A DNA stretch of 64,000 bases from Bacteroidota bacterium (GTDB lineage Bacteria > Bacteroidota > Rhodothermia > Rhodothermales > Rubricoccaceae): the NCBI GenBank assembly GCA_012960515.1, contig DUBD01000191.1, positions 164-64,163 on the forward strand, in the 5' to 3' direction. Shown here piece by piece: positions 33,460 through 42,900 of the stretch; the first letter of the stretch is position 1; every line of letters begins with the position of its first letter. The notes under the pieces are model-generated. The model saw only the letters and a program-made list of their open reading frames with translations, did no database searches and was not told the DNA's origin. Both the position numbers and the translations under genes were made by a program.

Positions 33460-34005
33460 TCACGTGCCCCACCAGGCACCGGAGCGCCCGGCGCAGACGA
33501 GCGAGAGGCCCCAGCCCGCAGGCGGCGAGACGCCCGACGGCAGCCACACGAGAGCCCGGACGCCCAGGCCGAGCGCGAGCGCCAGCGACGCCCACGACCC
33601 GGAGCCGAAGCCCGCGAAGCAAGCCGACGACGACCGGGACGGCGCCAGCCCCCGAGGGCACGCCCGCCCAGGCGCCGACACCCAGAGCGCGGACTGGGGG
33701 CCGGTACCGGCCCCACCCGCACCAGCCACACGGCGCACGACGGCGATAGACCGACGCGCAAAGCTGCCACGCCCCCACCCGAAGTGGGCCGCGCTGAACA
33801 CGAGCGCCGACGGCACCCCACGGGCCACCCGGTCAATGCCCGACGCGCAGCCGGTGACGACGGTGGCCCCCGGGGCGAACTGGCTGACCGCCCACGCGAC
33901 AGCCCGGAGGCAACCCGGGCCCGCAGCGCGGCTGCCAGAGACGCCAACGACGCACGCGGACTGAAGGACGCCAGCGACGGCCGAGACGGGAGATGGAGCA
34001 GGCAT
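33460..34005 (-). CDS. SLOG/DprA-like protein
   Basis: VVGVSGSR, VVTGCASGID, FARRS, GSGSWAS resemble the Rossmann-fold DprA/SLOG signature. Confidence 0.6.
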   Translation of the reverse strand: MPAPSPVSAVAGVLQSACVVGVSGSRAAGPGCLRAVAWAVSQFAPGATVVTGCASGIDRVARGVPSALVFSAAHFGWGRGSFARRSIAVVRRVAGAGGAGTGPQSALWVSAPGRACPRGLAPSRSSSACFAGFGSGSWASLALALGLGVRALVWLPSGVSPPAGWGLSLVCAGRSGAWWGT

Positions 34006-34794
34006 GGCGAGCGAGGCGAGTGAAGGGGGCGCCCCGAACTGGGGGGCGATGCTGCCTGCCGAGGCGCGCCGGAGGGGAGCGCAAAGCGGATCGCAGATCC
34101 GCGGGGCCGCCCGGAGCCACGCGCAGAGGAGCCCAGGTGGGCGGAGCGAGCATGGCGAGGACGGAATCGGAGATCCGCCCGCGTTTCGCGGGTGGGCGGA
34201 GTGTCCCTTGCGAGACCCGAGGGCGTGCCCGAGCGTCTGGCAGCCCCCCAGTCTGGGCGCTCCCGGTCATTGCCCCGCCCACCGCTCTGTGCGGACCACG
34301 AGCGCATTGCTCACTCCTCCTCCGCTAAGTGCTCGCTTGAGCGCTACGCCTCGGCGAGGTCTTGCTCGACACGTCCGCGTGCGACCAGAATCCTTTCTTG
34401 AGGCGGCGGTGCCGAGAGCGCCTCTGGCGCGGTGACGGGCGAGACTGGACGGGAGGCGGAGCGAAGGCCGCTCCGCGCGGTCATCCGCGCGCAAGGCCGA
34501 GAGCGGAGCTGACGGGAAGCCCCGACCGGAGGGAGGCACGGCCGCGACGTGAGCCCGACGCGCGGAGCGCGGCGAAGGGGGGCCGAGAGCGCCGTCCTCG
34601 GCGCGGGGAGCGATAGCGCCGCAAGCGGCGCGGCGAGCAGAGACCGAGCCGGACAGAGCGAACGCGAAAGGATGCCCGATTGAAGCGACGGGAGCGACGA
34701 GGCCCGCCTGTGGCGTCCAGGATGCCACCGGGGGACCGTTGGTGTGGTCACGCGCTGGCGTTACCGCTCGCTGGGTCGGGCGCCAGAGGCCCGG

Positions 34795-35007
34795 CTACCC
34801 ATGCCAACCCGTGCGGAAGTAGCGGAGCTCACCGGCCACGATGCCGCCGAAGAACAGCGCCAGGAGGCCGCAGACGCCCGCGTTGCCCGACGGCCAGCCG
34901 GCGTGCCAGGCGCCGACGGCCGAGGCCACAGCCAGGAGCCCGTAGAGGAGCACCGGCACGGGGGCCGAGAGAAACCGACGGAACGCAGGTGAGGAGTGGA
35001 ACGACAT
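34795..35007 (-). CDS. Small two-helix membrane protein
   Basis: MSFHSSPAFRRFL..., two hydrophobic stretches, 70 aa. Confidence 0.45.
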   Translation of the reverse strand: MSFHSSPAFRRFLSAPVPVLLYGLLAVASAVGAWHAGWPSGNAGVCGLLALFFGGIVAGELRYFRTGWHG

Positions 35008-35498
35008 GGTGAGACACGGAAGAGGGACACGCGGCCCGGAGCGAGGACCGTAGCGCCGACGGCGCACGCTCCCGCGCCCGCACCGCGCGGACCGGGGGCA
35101 AGGCCGCCCCTCCCTCTCCTCGGGAGGGAGAAAGGGCGCGTGCGAGGGCGGCGTGCCGCCCGACGGCCTTGCGGCCGGGAGCCCGGTGTGTTGCTTGCCG
35201 AGAGCGCCGCCGCCCCCTCCCCCTTTGCCGCGCCAGCGGCCGGGGCGACGATCCCTGGGCGCTGGTGGGCGAAGCCCGCGCGCCCGGGGTGAGGAGCGCC
35301 GAGTCCCTCGCGGATAGGTCCCGTCGGGATTTGCTGCCTGAGAGCCCGCCAGACGGCCGGGGACACCTCCGTGGCCTCCTCGTCCAGTTCAGCGCCCGAG
35401 CGCGCCTGAGGGGCCACAGAGGGCGCGAGAGGGGCGGTGACACATGGAGTGGCAGACCGTGCGTGCGTTCGTTGTCTGCCCCTCTCCCCTGCTCCTCC

Positions 35499-36005
35499 AT
35501 GCCCTTCGCGTTCGACGCCAGTTCTGGCGACGGCTCCTCCCAGCCCATCGCCACGCCCGGATCGCTCTTGGTCACGGCCTACGTCGAGGCCGACGCGCTG
35601 CCGCGTGGGCCCGAGTTGCCGCTCGTGCTCAGCCGGGTCTCGGCCGGCTTCCCGTCGCCCGCCGACGACTACGTCGAGGGGCACCTCGACCTCCACGAGC
35701 TGACGGGCGCGCTATCGCCGTCGTGCTACTGGATGCGGGCCGAGGGGGAGTCGATGACCGGGGCCGGGATCCTGAGCGGGGACTTGCTGCTCGTCGACCG
35801 GGCCATCGAGCCGACGAACGGCGACGTCGTGGTGGCGGCCATCGACGGCGAGCTGACGGTCAAGCGGTTCCTGCGCCTGAAGAACCGGACGGCGCTGCTG
35901 GCCGCGAACCCCGAGTACCCGTCGATCGAGCTGTGCGAGGGGCAGGAACTGGTCGTCTGGGGCGTAGTGACGTACGTGCTCCACAACGCACGAGGCCGGT
36001 CGTGA
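35499..36005 (+). CDS. umuD: UmuD/LexA-like S24 peptidase
   Basis: VSAGFPSPADDY (A-G cleavage site), GESM (Ser), ELTVKR (Lys). Confidence 0.92.
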   Translation: MPFAFDASSGDGSSQPIATPGSLLVTAYVEADALPRGPELPLVLSRVSAGFPSPADDYVEGHLDLHELTGALSPSCYWMRAEGESMTGAGILSGDLLLVDRAIEPTNGDVVVAAIDGELTVKRFLRLKNRTALLAANPEYPSIELCEGQELVVWGVVTYVLHNARGRS

Positions 36006-37456
36006 GCGGGCGTGCAGAGCTGGCTCCTCTCCCCTCCCCTGCCCACTCCGGTGCGTCCGCCTCGGAACCGAGGCGGGAGGCGTCGCGACCACGGCGCCTG
36101 TTCGCGCTCGTGGACTGCTCGGCGTTCTACTGCTCGTGCGAGCGCGTCTTCGACCCGAGCCTGGAGGGGGTGCCCGTAGCCGTGCTGTCCAACAACGACG
36201 GGTGCATCATCGCGCGTAGCCAGGAGGTCAAGGACCTGGGCATCCCGATGGGCGCGCCGTTCTTCAAGCACCGCGATGAGTTGGCGGCACAGGGCGTCCG
36301 GGTGTTCTCGTCGAACTACACCTTGTACGGCGACATGTCGCGCCGGGTGATGGCGTGCCTGGAGACGTTCACGCCGGACGTGGAGGTGTACTCGGTCGAC
36401 GAGGCGTTCCTGACCGTCCCGACGCCAGAGGGGTCGCCAGAGGCCGTGTGCGCCGCGATGGAGGCGCGCGCACGAGAGATCCGGGCGCGCGTGCTCCGGT
36501 GGACGGGGATCCCGGTGCGCGTCTCGTGGGCCGAGACGAAGACGCTGGCGAAGGCGGCGAGCGAGTGGGCCAAGGAGAAACTGGGGGCGGGGGGCGAGCC
36601 GTGCGTCTGCCTGTGGGGGCACCCCGACCGGGACGACTGGCTGGAGCGGATGGACGTGGGTGACGTGTGGGGCGTGGGGCGGCGCTGGGGCCAGTCGCTG
36701 CGCGACCTGGGCGGCTCGACGGCGGCCAAGCTGTCTCGGATGCCGGACCGATTGCTGCGGCAGCGGTTCAACGTGGTGCTGCTCCGGACGGCGATGGAGC
36801 TTCGGGGCGTCTCGTGCCTGCCCCTGGAGCAGGCGCCGGTGACACGCCAGACGCTGGTGAAGAGCCGGAGCTTCGGGGAGCCGACATCGGACGTGCGCGC
36901 GATCTCGCAGGCCGTGGCGACGCACGCAGCGCGGGCGGCGGAGAAGCTGCGGGCCGAGGGCCTGGTGGCGGGCCGGATCTCGGCGTTCGTGACGACGAAG
37001 CGGTTCGGGTCGGGGCCGCACCGCTCGGGCGGGTGCGACGAGGCGCTCCCCGCCACGGCCGACACGACGGCGCTCGTGGCGGCGGCACGGCGGTGCTTGA
37101 GGCGGGCCTACGTCGATGCCGACGCCAGAGGCCGCCCCTACCGCTACCGGAAGGCGGGCGTGATGCTGGCCGAAATCCGGCCGGAGGGGACGGAGCAGCG
37201 GGGCCTCTTTCCCATTGCCCGCGTCGCCTCGGCAGCGGACCGCCAGAGGCAACGAGCGCTCATGGAGGCGTTGGACGCGGCGAACCGTCGGTTCGGGAAG
37301 CGCACAGTCGTGGTGGCCGCGCAGGGATGCCCGTCGACGCTCCGGAGGACGCGGGACGGGTCGCCAGAGGCCCCGGGATGGGAGATGCGGCGGGAGCGGA
37401 TGAGCCCGCGGTACACGACGCGGTGGGACGAGCTAGCCGTCGTTAAACCTGGCTGA
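36002..37456 (+). CDS. umuC: Y-family DNA polymerase V subunit
   Basis: GTGA overlap; ALVDCSAFYCSCE, SNNDGC, YSVDEAF, WEMRRERMSPRYTT. Confidence 0.95.
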   Translation: MSGRAELAPLPSPAHSGASASEPRREASRPRRLFALVDCSAFYCSCERVFDPSLEGVPVAVLSNNDGCIIARSQEVKDLGIPMGAPFFKHRDELAAQGVRVFSSNYTLYGDMSRRVMACLETFTPDVEVYSVDEAFLTVPTPEGSPEAVCAAMEARAREIRARVLRWTGIPVRVSWAETKTLAKAASEWAKEKLGAGGEPCVCLWGHPDRDDWLERMDVGDVWGVGRRWGQSLRDLGGSTAAKLSRMPDRLLRQRFNVVLLRTAMELRGVSCLPLEQAPVTRQTLVKSRSFGEPTSDVRAISQAVATHAARAAEKLRAEGLVAGRISAFVTTKRFGSGPHRSGGCDEALPATADTTALVAAARRCLRRAYVDADARGRPYRYRKAGVMLAEIRPEGTEQRGLFPIARVASAADRQRQRALMEALDAANRRFGKRTVVVAAQGCPSTLRRTRDGSPEAPGWEMRRERMSPRYTTRWDELAVVKPG

Positions 37457-37504
37457 GCTGACGTCGTCGACACGGTCATGGCAATGTTCTTCCACTCTAC
37501 GACT

Positions 37505-38503
37505 CTACTCTTGCAATGGCTTAGAGTCCTCTAGTTCAGACGAGGCGGTCGTATCCTCGGGCGTCGACGCAGGACCCGGTCGTACTATTTGGGGCAGGGT
37601 GTCGAGCGCGGCGCGGACTCGGGCCTCGACAAGCGAATCCATGGTGGCCTGGAGATCCGGATCGTCCGCTAGGGTCACGGAATCGGTCGGCTCTTCAGAG
37701 GCGTCGGTGGCGCCGAGCACGGTTGAGACGCCGAGCCAGACGACAGCGATCAGCCCGATGTGGATCGCACGGGCGGCGGCGCGCTGGACGCCGACGAGGA
37801 AGTCGAGGCGGCCGTCGTTCTCGGCCGCAGCTTTGAAGAGGCGGGAGGCGTGGTACCGCTTGATCTGGTCACCGTCGGTCGCGTCAAACACGTCCCGGCG
37901 AACCTGAACAATGGACGTGGAGCCGGTCTGGAGGACGCGGAGGAGGAGGAAGAGGGCGGCGACGAAGGCGAGCCCCGCGACGGCAGCGGGCGTCGAGAGC
38001 GGAGCGTCGCTAAGCGACCAGATGGCGGCGAGGAGGAGGCCGCACAAAGTGAGTTGGAAGCGGGCCTTGGCCTGGACCGTCTCGGAGCGGTCGTCGGTCT
38101 CGGAAGCCACGCGCTCAGCGAGAGCGAGGAGGGCGTCGGCGTGGGCCGTGGACTCGGCGATCTCGTCGGCCGTGAGCTCCAGGCTGAGATCCCGTCTCGC
38201 CCCCTCGACGACCGTGTGCGGACGGTACTTCGAGGCGCGGACCTCAGCGAACGTGGGTTCCTCATAGAGGAGCCGCTGGAGGAGGAACGTGAGGGCGTCG
38301 CGGAGCCAGATGAGCGGTCGTTCGACGACCTTCGCGTAGACGTACCAGAACGGGTGCTCGTCGCGCCTCACCCGTCGCCACGCGCGGCGTAGGTGGCGCC
38401 GTGCCCATCGCCGACGCACTGCGAGGCGCGTCGTCCGCCGCTGGGACGGCGGTCGCGGCGGTGGCCCCGGCGGGCCTGGAGACGCTGGGGTCGGCGCGTT
38501 CAC
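37505..38503 (-). CDS. Multi-pass membrane protein coupled to the ATP-grasp gene
   Basis: GTG at 38503 overlaps the ATP-grasp TGA; three hydrophobic segments and an acidic tail. Confidence 0.7.
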   Translation of the reverse strand: MNAPTPASPGPPGPPPRPPSQRRTTRLAVRRRWARRHLRRAWRRVRRDEHPFWYVYAKVVERPLIWLRDALTFLLQRLLYEEPTFAEVRASKYRPHTVVEGARRDLSLELTADEIAESTAHADALLALAERVASETDDRSETVQAKARFQLTLCGLLLAAIWSLSDAPLSTPAAVAGLAFVAALFLLLRVLQTGSTSIVQVRRDVFDATDGDQIKRYHASRLFKAAAENDGRLDFLVGVQRAAARAIHIGLIAVVWLGVSTVLGATDASEEPTDSVTLADDPDLQATMDSLVEARVRAALDTLPQIVRPGPASTPEDTTASSELEDSKPLQE

Positions 38504-39456
38504 GGCTGGAATGCACGCTCGAAGAGGGTCCAGATCTCGGCCCCGCCCACGAGATCGAGCCACGCCCACTGCCCGTTGGGGTTAACCTCGAAGAAGACCC
38601 ATCGGCCGTCGTCGTCAACTGCGAGGTCGACGGCGGCGAAGCGGAGGCCGTAGCTCGCGACGAGGTCGCAGACGCCACGTTCAATGTCGTCGGGCAGGTC
38701 GACGGGCTCGTAGGCGACCCCACGCATCTCGTCGCGGCGGATGTCGAGCCGGGGGGTCTCGGACACGAGGTCGGCGAGGCCGAGCGCGACGGCGTGGCCG
38801 TCCACGAGCGTAACGCGGACGTCGAGCCGCTTCTCGATCCGCTCTTGGAAAAGGGTCGGGGCGCCGGCGAGGTCCGGGGGGTCGTCGATGTCAGCCCGGG
38901 TGAGGGCCGAGGTGTAGATAGCGGTGTCGTCGGACGGGTCGTCGCGCTCGAGGTAGCCGCTGGCGAGCGGCTTGGCAATGACACACCCGTCTGTTTCGCG
39001 CCAGAGGTCGAGGAGGCGGCCGGGGTCGCGGGTGACGAGGGTCCGGGGCGTGTGGAGGCCCAGCGACCGGGCGCGCGCGAGCTGCTCGATTTTGTGGGAC
39101 GCGCCGGCGTTGCGGGCGGGATGGTTGATCCAGCGCTCGGCAGGAACGAGCGCCAGGACGCCGTTGAGGGCCTCGGCCCATTCGAGACCGCGATGGTACT
39201 CCTCGTATGGATCTTCGGCTGGCCGACCTGGTGGCCGGAGGGGGCCGGGGCGCCGGTACCAGACCGCGCGCACCGTCTCGGGGGCGACTTCACGGCCGTG
39301 CGCGCGGAGTCGCGGGCCCCTGTCGAACGAGGCGTCGAGGTCGTCTGGGAGCGCGTCGGTGTCGAGCCGGAGGAGGGGAACCCGGCCGCCGAGGCGGTCG
39401 CAGAGGTAGTCGGCCGTCCGGTCCCCGCTGTGGGTCAAGACGAGGGCGGCGCTCAT
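38500..39456 (-). CDS. MvdC/MvdD-type ATP-grasp RiPP ligase (graspetide synthetase)
   Basis: VRAVWYRRP, INHP, HKIEQL, IAKPL, FQERIEKRLDVRVT, DIRR, FFEVNPNGQWAWL. Confidence 0.92.
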   Translation of the reverse strand: MSAALVLTHSGDRTADYLCDRLGGRVPLLRLDTDALPDDLDASFDRGPRLRAHGREVAPETVRAVWYRRPGPLRPPGRPAEDPYEEYHRGLEWAEALNGVLALVPAERWINHPARNAGASHKIEQLARARSLGLHTPRTLVTRDPGRLLDLWRETDGCVIAKPLASGYLERDDPSDDTAIYTSALTRADIDDPPDLAGAPTLFQERIEKRLDVRVTLVDGHAVALGLADLVSETPRLDIRRDEMRGVAYEPVDLPDDIERGVCDLVASYGLRFAAVDLAVDDDGRWVFFEVNPNGQWAWLDLVGGAEIWTLFERAFQP

Positions 39457-39881
39457 GCGGTGAGCGCGACGAGGGGCCGGGCGTAGACGCGCTGGTCCTG
39501 GTCCTCGCGCGAGCGGGTACTGGTGCCACTGGAGGCCGTTCCGTGTTGGTCCTGTTCCTCGCGGGTCTTGGTGGCCGTCAGGAGGGCGACGTGGTGGTCC
39601 GCCTCCTCTCGTGTCTCGGTGAACGTGGTAGTCGGGCCGGCGTGGAGCGGGCGGAGGGAGCGCTGCTGGTCCTGCTCCTCTCGGGTAGCCGTCTTGGTCG
39701 GACCCGCCGAGGGTGTGTCCTGGTCTTGCTCCTCGCGTGTGTCGGTGGCGGTCCCCGTCCCAAGAAGGGCGAGGGACCGGTCTTGGTCCGGCTCCTCACG
39801 AGTGAGCGTATGAGTCTTGGGGGCTACCTCGTCGCGCTGGGCGGTGGGCGTCTGGAAGTGTTGGATGAAGGCGGCGGGCAT
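39453..39881 (-). CDS. Multicore graspetide precursor with six TxTxTREExD cores
   Basis: 142 aa; short leader MPAAFIQHFQ...; cores THTLTREEPDQD, TATDTREEQDQD, TKTATREEQDQQ, TFTETREEADHH, TATKTREEQDQH, TSTRSREDQDQR; ATGA-coupled to the ATP-grasp gene. Confidence 0.88.
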   Translation of the reverse strand: MPAAFIQHFQTPTAQRDEVAPKTHTLTREEPDQDRSLALLGTGTATDTREEQDQDTPSAGPTKTATREEQDQQRSLRPLHAGPTTTFTETREEADHHVALLTATKTREEQDQHGTASSGTSTRSREDQDQRVYARPLVALTA

Positions 39882-39943
39882 TAGCGTTGTGAACTGATTC
39901 GACCAGGAGTTTAACCGAAGCCTTGGGTGCCAGCTGCTCTGTG

Positions 39944-42900
39944 CTACGCGCTCGCCCGAGGCGACGGGAGTGACGCATCGACGACGACGGACGTGACGTG
40001 ACGGTGGGGCTCGCTCGCGCTGGCGGCCTTGGCGGCCAACGCCGCACGCAGGCGCTCGATCCCCCCACGGCGTGCAGTGCGAGCCTTGGGATGGAGGTCT
40101 CCGGTTCCGGGGTCGAACCAGCCGGCCGATCCAAACCAGCCGACGAGATAGACGCCGTGCTGCCGGGTGACACCATTGAGGTATCCCTGGGCGAGCTGGT
40201 CGGCGAGGGCGTCGTAGAGGTGACGGTTCCAACTGGCCTTGACCTCAACGACGACGGTAGCCGTCTGCCCATCGGGCATCGCGTGCGATACGAGGAGGTC
40301 GGTGGCGTGGCCGCGCTTGACCTGGGCTTCCTGCGCGACCAGAACGCCGTGAGGACCGAGACGCTCGCGGAGGAAGCGGAGGGCGAGGTCCGAGAGCGCC
40401 CGCTCGTCCTTCGGGGCTGTGAGCGTGGGGTTCGCTCTCCGGCTCGAACGGAACACGGCGACGTCGTCGGGGAGGCGTGCGGCTGCCTTCGAGTCGGTTC
40501 GGGCGAGGGCCTCGGCCATCCGGAGCGCCTCGCGGCGCGTGACGCGGTTCCAGAGATCCTCGACGCGCGGGGCTTCCTCAGCGTGGAGCCATTCCTCGAA
40601 GTCGCCGAGGGATTCGACGACGATCTCGTAGAGGTCGCGGGCCGAGCGTGAGAGGCGCGCGCGGGTGTCGAGGAGGAGGGCGAGGAGGTCGTCGGGCTCG
40701 ACGGGACGGTGCGAACGCTCTCGCCGTAGGCGCTGCGCCGCGCCTACCTGGAAGTCCGTCGTCTCGGCGCCGAGCACGTCGCGGAGGCTCTCGATGGCCG
40801 CCAGCGACTCGGGCGTCGCTTGGCTCACCAGTTGAGATGAGAACGAGTGACGAAGGGACCGGATGTCGTCTTCGGGGGAGGGGGAATACACCCCTTTGGG
40901 CACGGGGGGGTCGTCCTCGGGGGGGAACAGGCTGTGGAGGCGGCGCTCCAGGGCCACGAGGGCCGATACCGGGGTCTCAGCGGGGGCGCCCCTCCCGCCC
41001 CACCGGCTGGCGATGCGGGTGAGGAGGGTGCGGGCGAAGGCGTCGTCTTGCCCGAAACGCGCGCCGATCTCGGTCCACGCCCGGGCGGGCTGGAGCCGGA
41101 CGAGGCGGATGGCCCAAGGGATGGCGTCGTCGGGGCTGTCCGTCCGCGCGCGCTCGGCCATCCAGTCGAGGACATCGGGGTGGCCGCTTTCGGCGAGGTG
41201 ATCCGCCGCCTCGGCGAGCGCAGCGTCGGAGAGGAGGCCGCCGCGCACCGCGTCCGCCAGCGTGTCGGAGAGGCGAGGGTCTTGGAGCCCTTCCATCGCG
41301 CCGAGCAGCGTGGACGAACACCGCCCGATCTGGAGCGCTCGGGCGAAGTCGGCGACGACACGGTCGGGGTCCGCGTCGTACGCCCGGCGGAGAAGGTCAC
41401 GACTCCGGCCGAGCGCGTTCCCGGAACCGCCTCTAGGCGAGAGGAGGAGTGCTGGCGCCCAGGCCGACCACGCGAACGTGCTTAGTCGGTCGAGCGCGTC
41501 CGGGTCGCGGTCGGCGAGCAACCAGAACGCCTTGACGCCGTCGACGACGCGGTAGGTGAACGTCTGTGGCTTCTCGTACGCCGTCCAGTCGCCCTCCCCC
41601 GGCCGGACGGCGCCGAGGTACGCCTCCGCCAGACGGGTGAGGCGGGCGCGGAGCGGCTCGTCGAGTGTGTCCCAGGCGCCGAGAGCGGTAATGTCGTGTG
41701 CCCAGTCCCCGTTGCGAAACCGCATCTTCCCGTTCTTCGGGTCGAGCGTGAGTAGATAGCAGACGTGTCGCCAGGCGGTCGCGACGTCCTTACCGTGCTC
41801 GGTGAGCGCCGCCTGGATCTGGTCCTGGATGGGAGGGTCCGGTGGGTCGGGGCCCTCGCGCTTCGGTCGCAACCACTGCTCCCGGATGCGTTGGACCTCC
41901 GGGTCGCCGAGGTCCCAGGCCCGGTAGTTCCAGCGGACGACGTAGGCGACGCGTTCCGAGGTTTCTTCGGCGGCCTCAATGGCGGCCTGGACGGTCTCGC
42001 GTGTCTCGACGTCCCCGGGCGTCGAGAGGTGGTTGAGGAGGCTCTGGCAGGCGTCAGCCGTGGCGTCGTCCCCGTCGGCTTCAGCACGCGCCAGCCGCTC
42101 GATCACCCATGGCACGTCGGCGGATCGGAACGGGGCGAACCGGACTTGGACGAGAGCCGCTGCCGAGCGGTCGGTCTCCTTCCGGGTCGCGCGGAGCAAA
42201 AGGCCGAGGAATGGCGCTCGGTCGGCTGCCTCGCTAAGGGCACGACGGAGATCGGCATCGTCGAGGTATCGCCCAAGGCGCACGTCGCGGAGCGCGAGGT
42301 CGACGAGGAGCAGGGCAAGGCGGCCGGCGAGGGCGGGGACATCGAGCCGGGTGGCGGCGGCGAGCACCACGGGTCCCGCGAGGTTTGGGGCGGCCTCTCC
42401 CCCGCCCTCGTGGACCCATTCGAGGGCGTCGACGAGTTGATCGTCCGTCACGTCACCCTCAGAAAGCGCTCGTTTGAAGAACACGTCGTCGGTGATGTCG
42501 TTCTCGTCGCGAGGGTCGAGCGAGACCGACGCTGCGAGGTCGCGGAACGAGAGGTCGCGAGGCCAGAGGACCGACCGGGCGGCTTTGCGGAGGGAGGCTG
42601 CCTCCTCACTTTCAGCGGAGTCGAGGGCGAGGGTTCGCAGCTCGGAAAGGGACTCCGGTCGGTCGAGGTGGGAGGCGCCGTAGACCATCGCGGTCCGCAC
42701 CTGGAGCGGAAGCGACGGGTCCAAAGCCCGTTCGATGAGGCCCGGCGCGAGATCGTGGAGCCTGGACTGGACCGCGATCCAGACGGCCTCGCGACGTGCC
42801 CACGGTGAGCGCGCTGGGGCATCAATCCAGTCGAGGAGCTGGTCTCGAAGGGTGGCGTGACGGAGCCCCCGGAGGGGACCGACCCCATCGCGGAAGTCAT

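Noticed and set aside
33342-34307. Upstream extension of the methylase ORF (653 aa)
   Set aside because: Low-complexity translation overlapping the SLOG-like ORF in another frame.
34321-34340. TAAGTGC resembling a MOBQ nick site
   Set aside because: Only 7 nt match, no clear upstream inverted repeat and no relaxase in the window.
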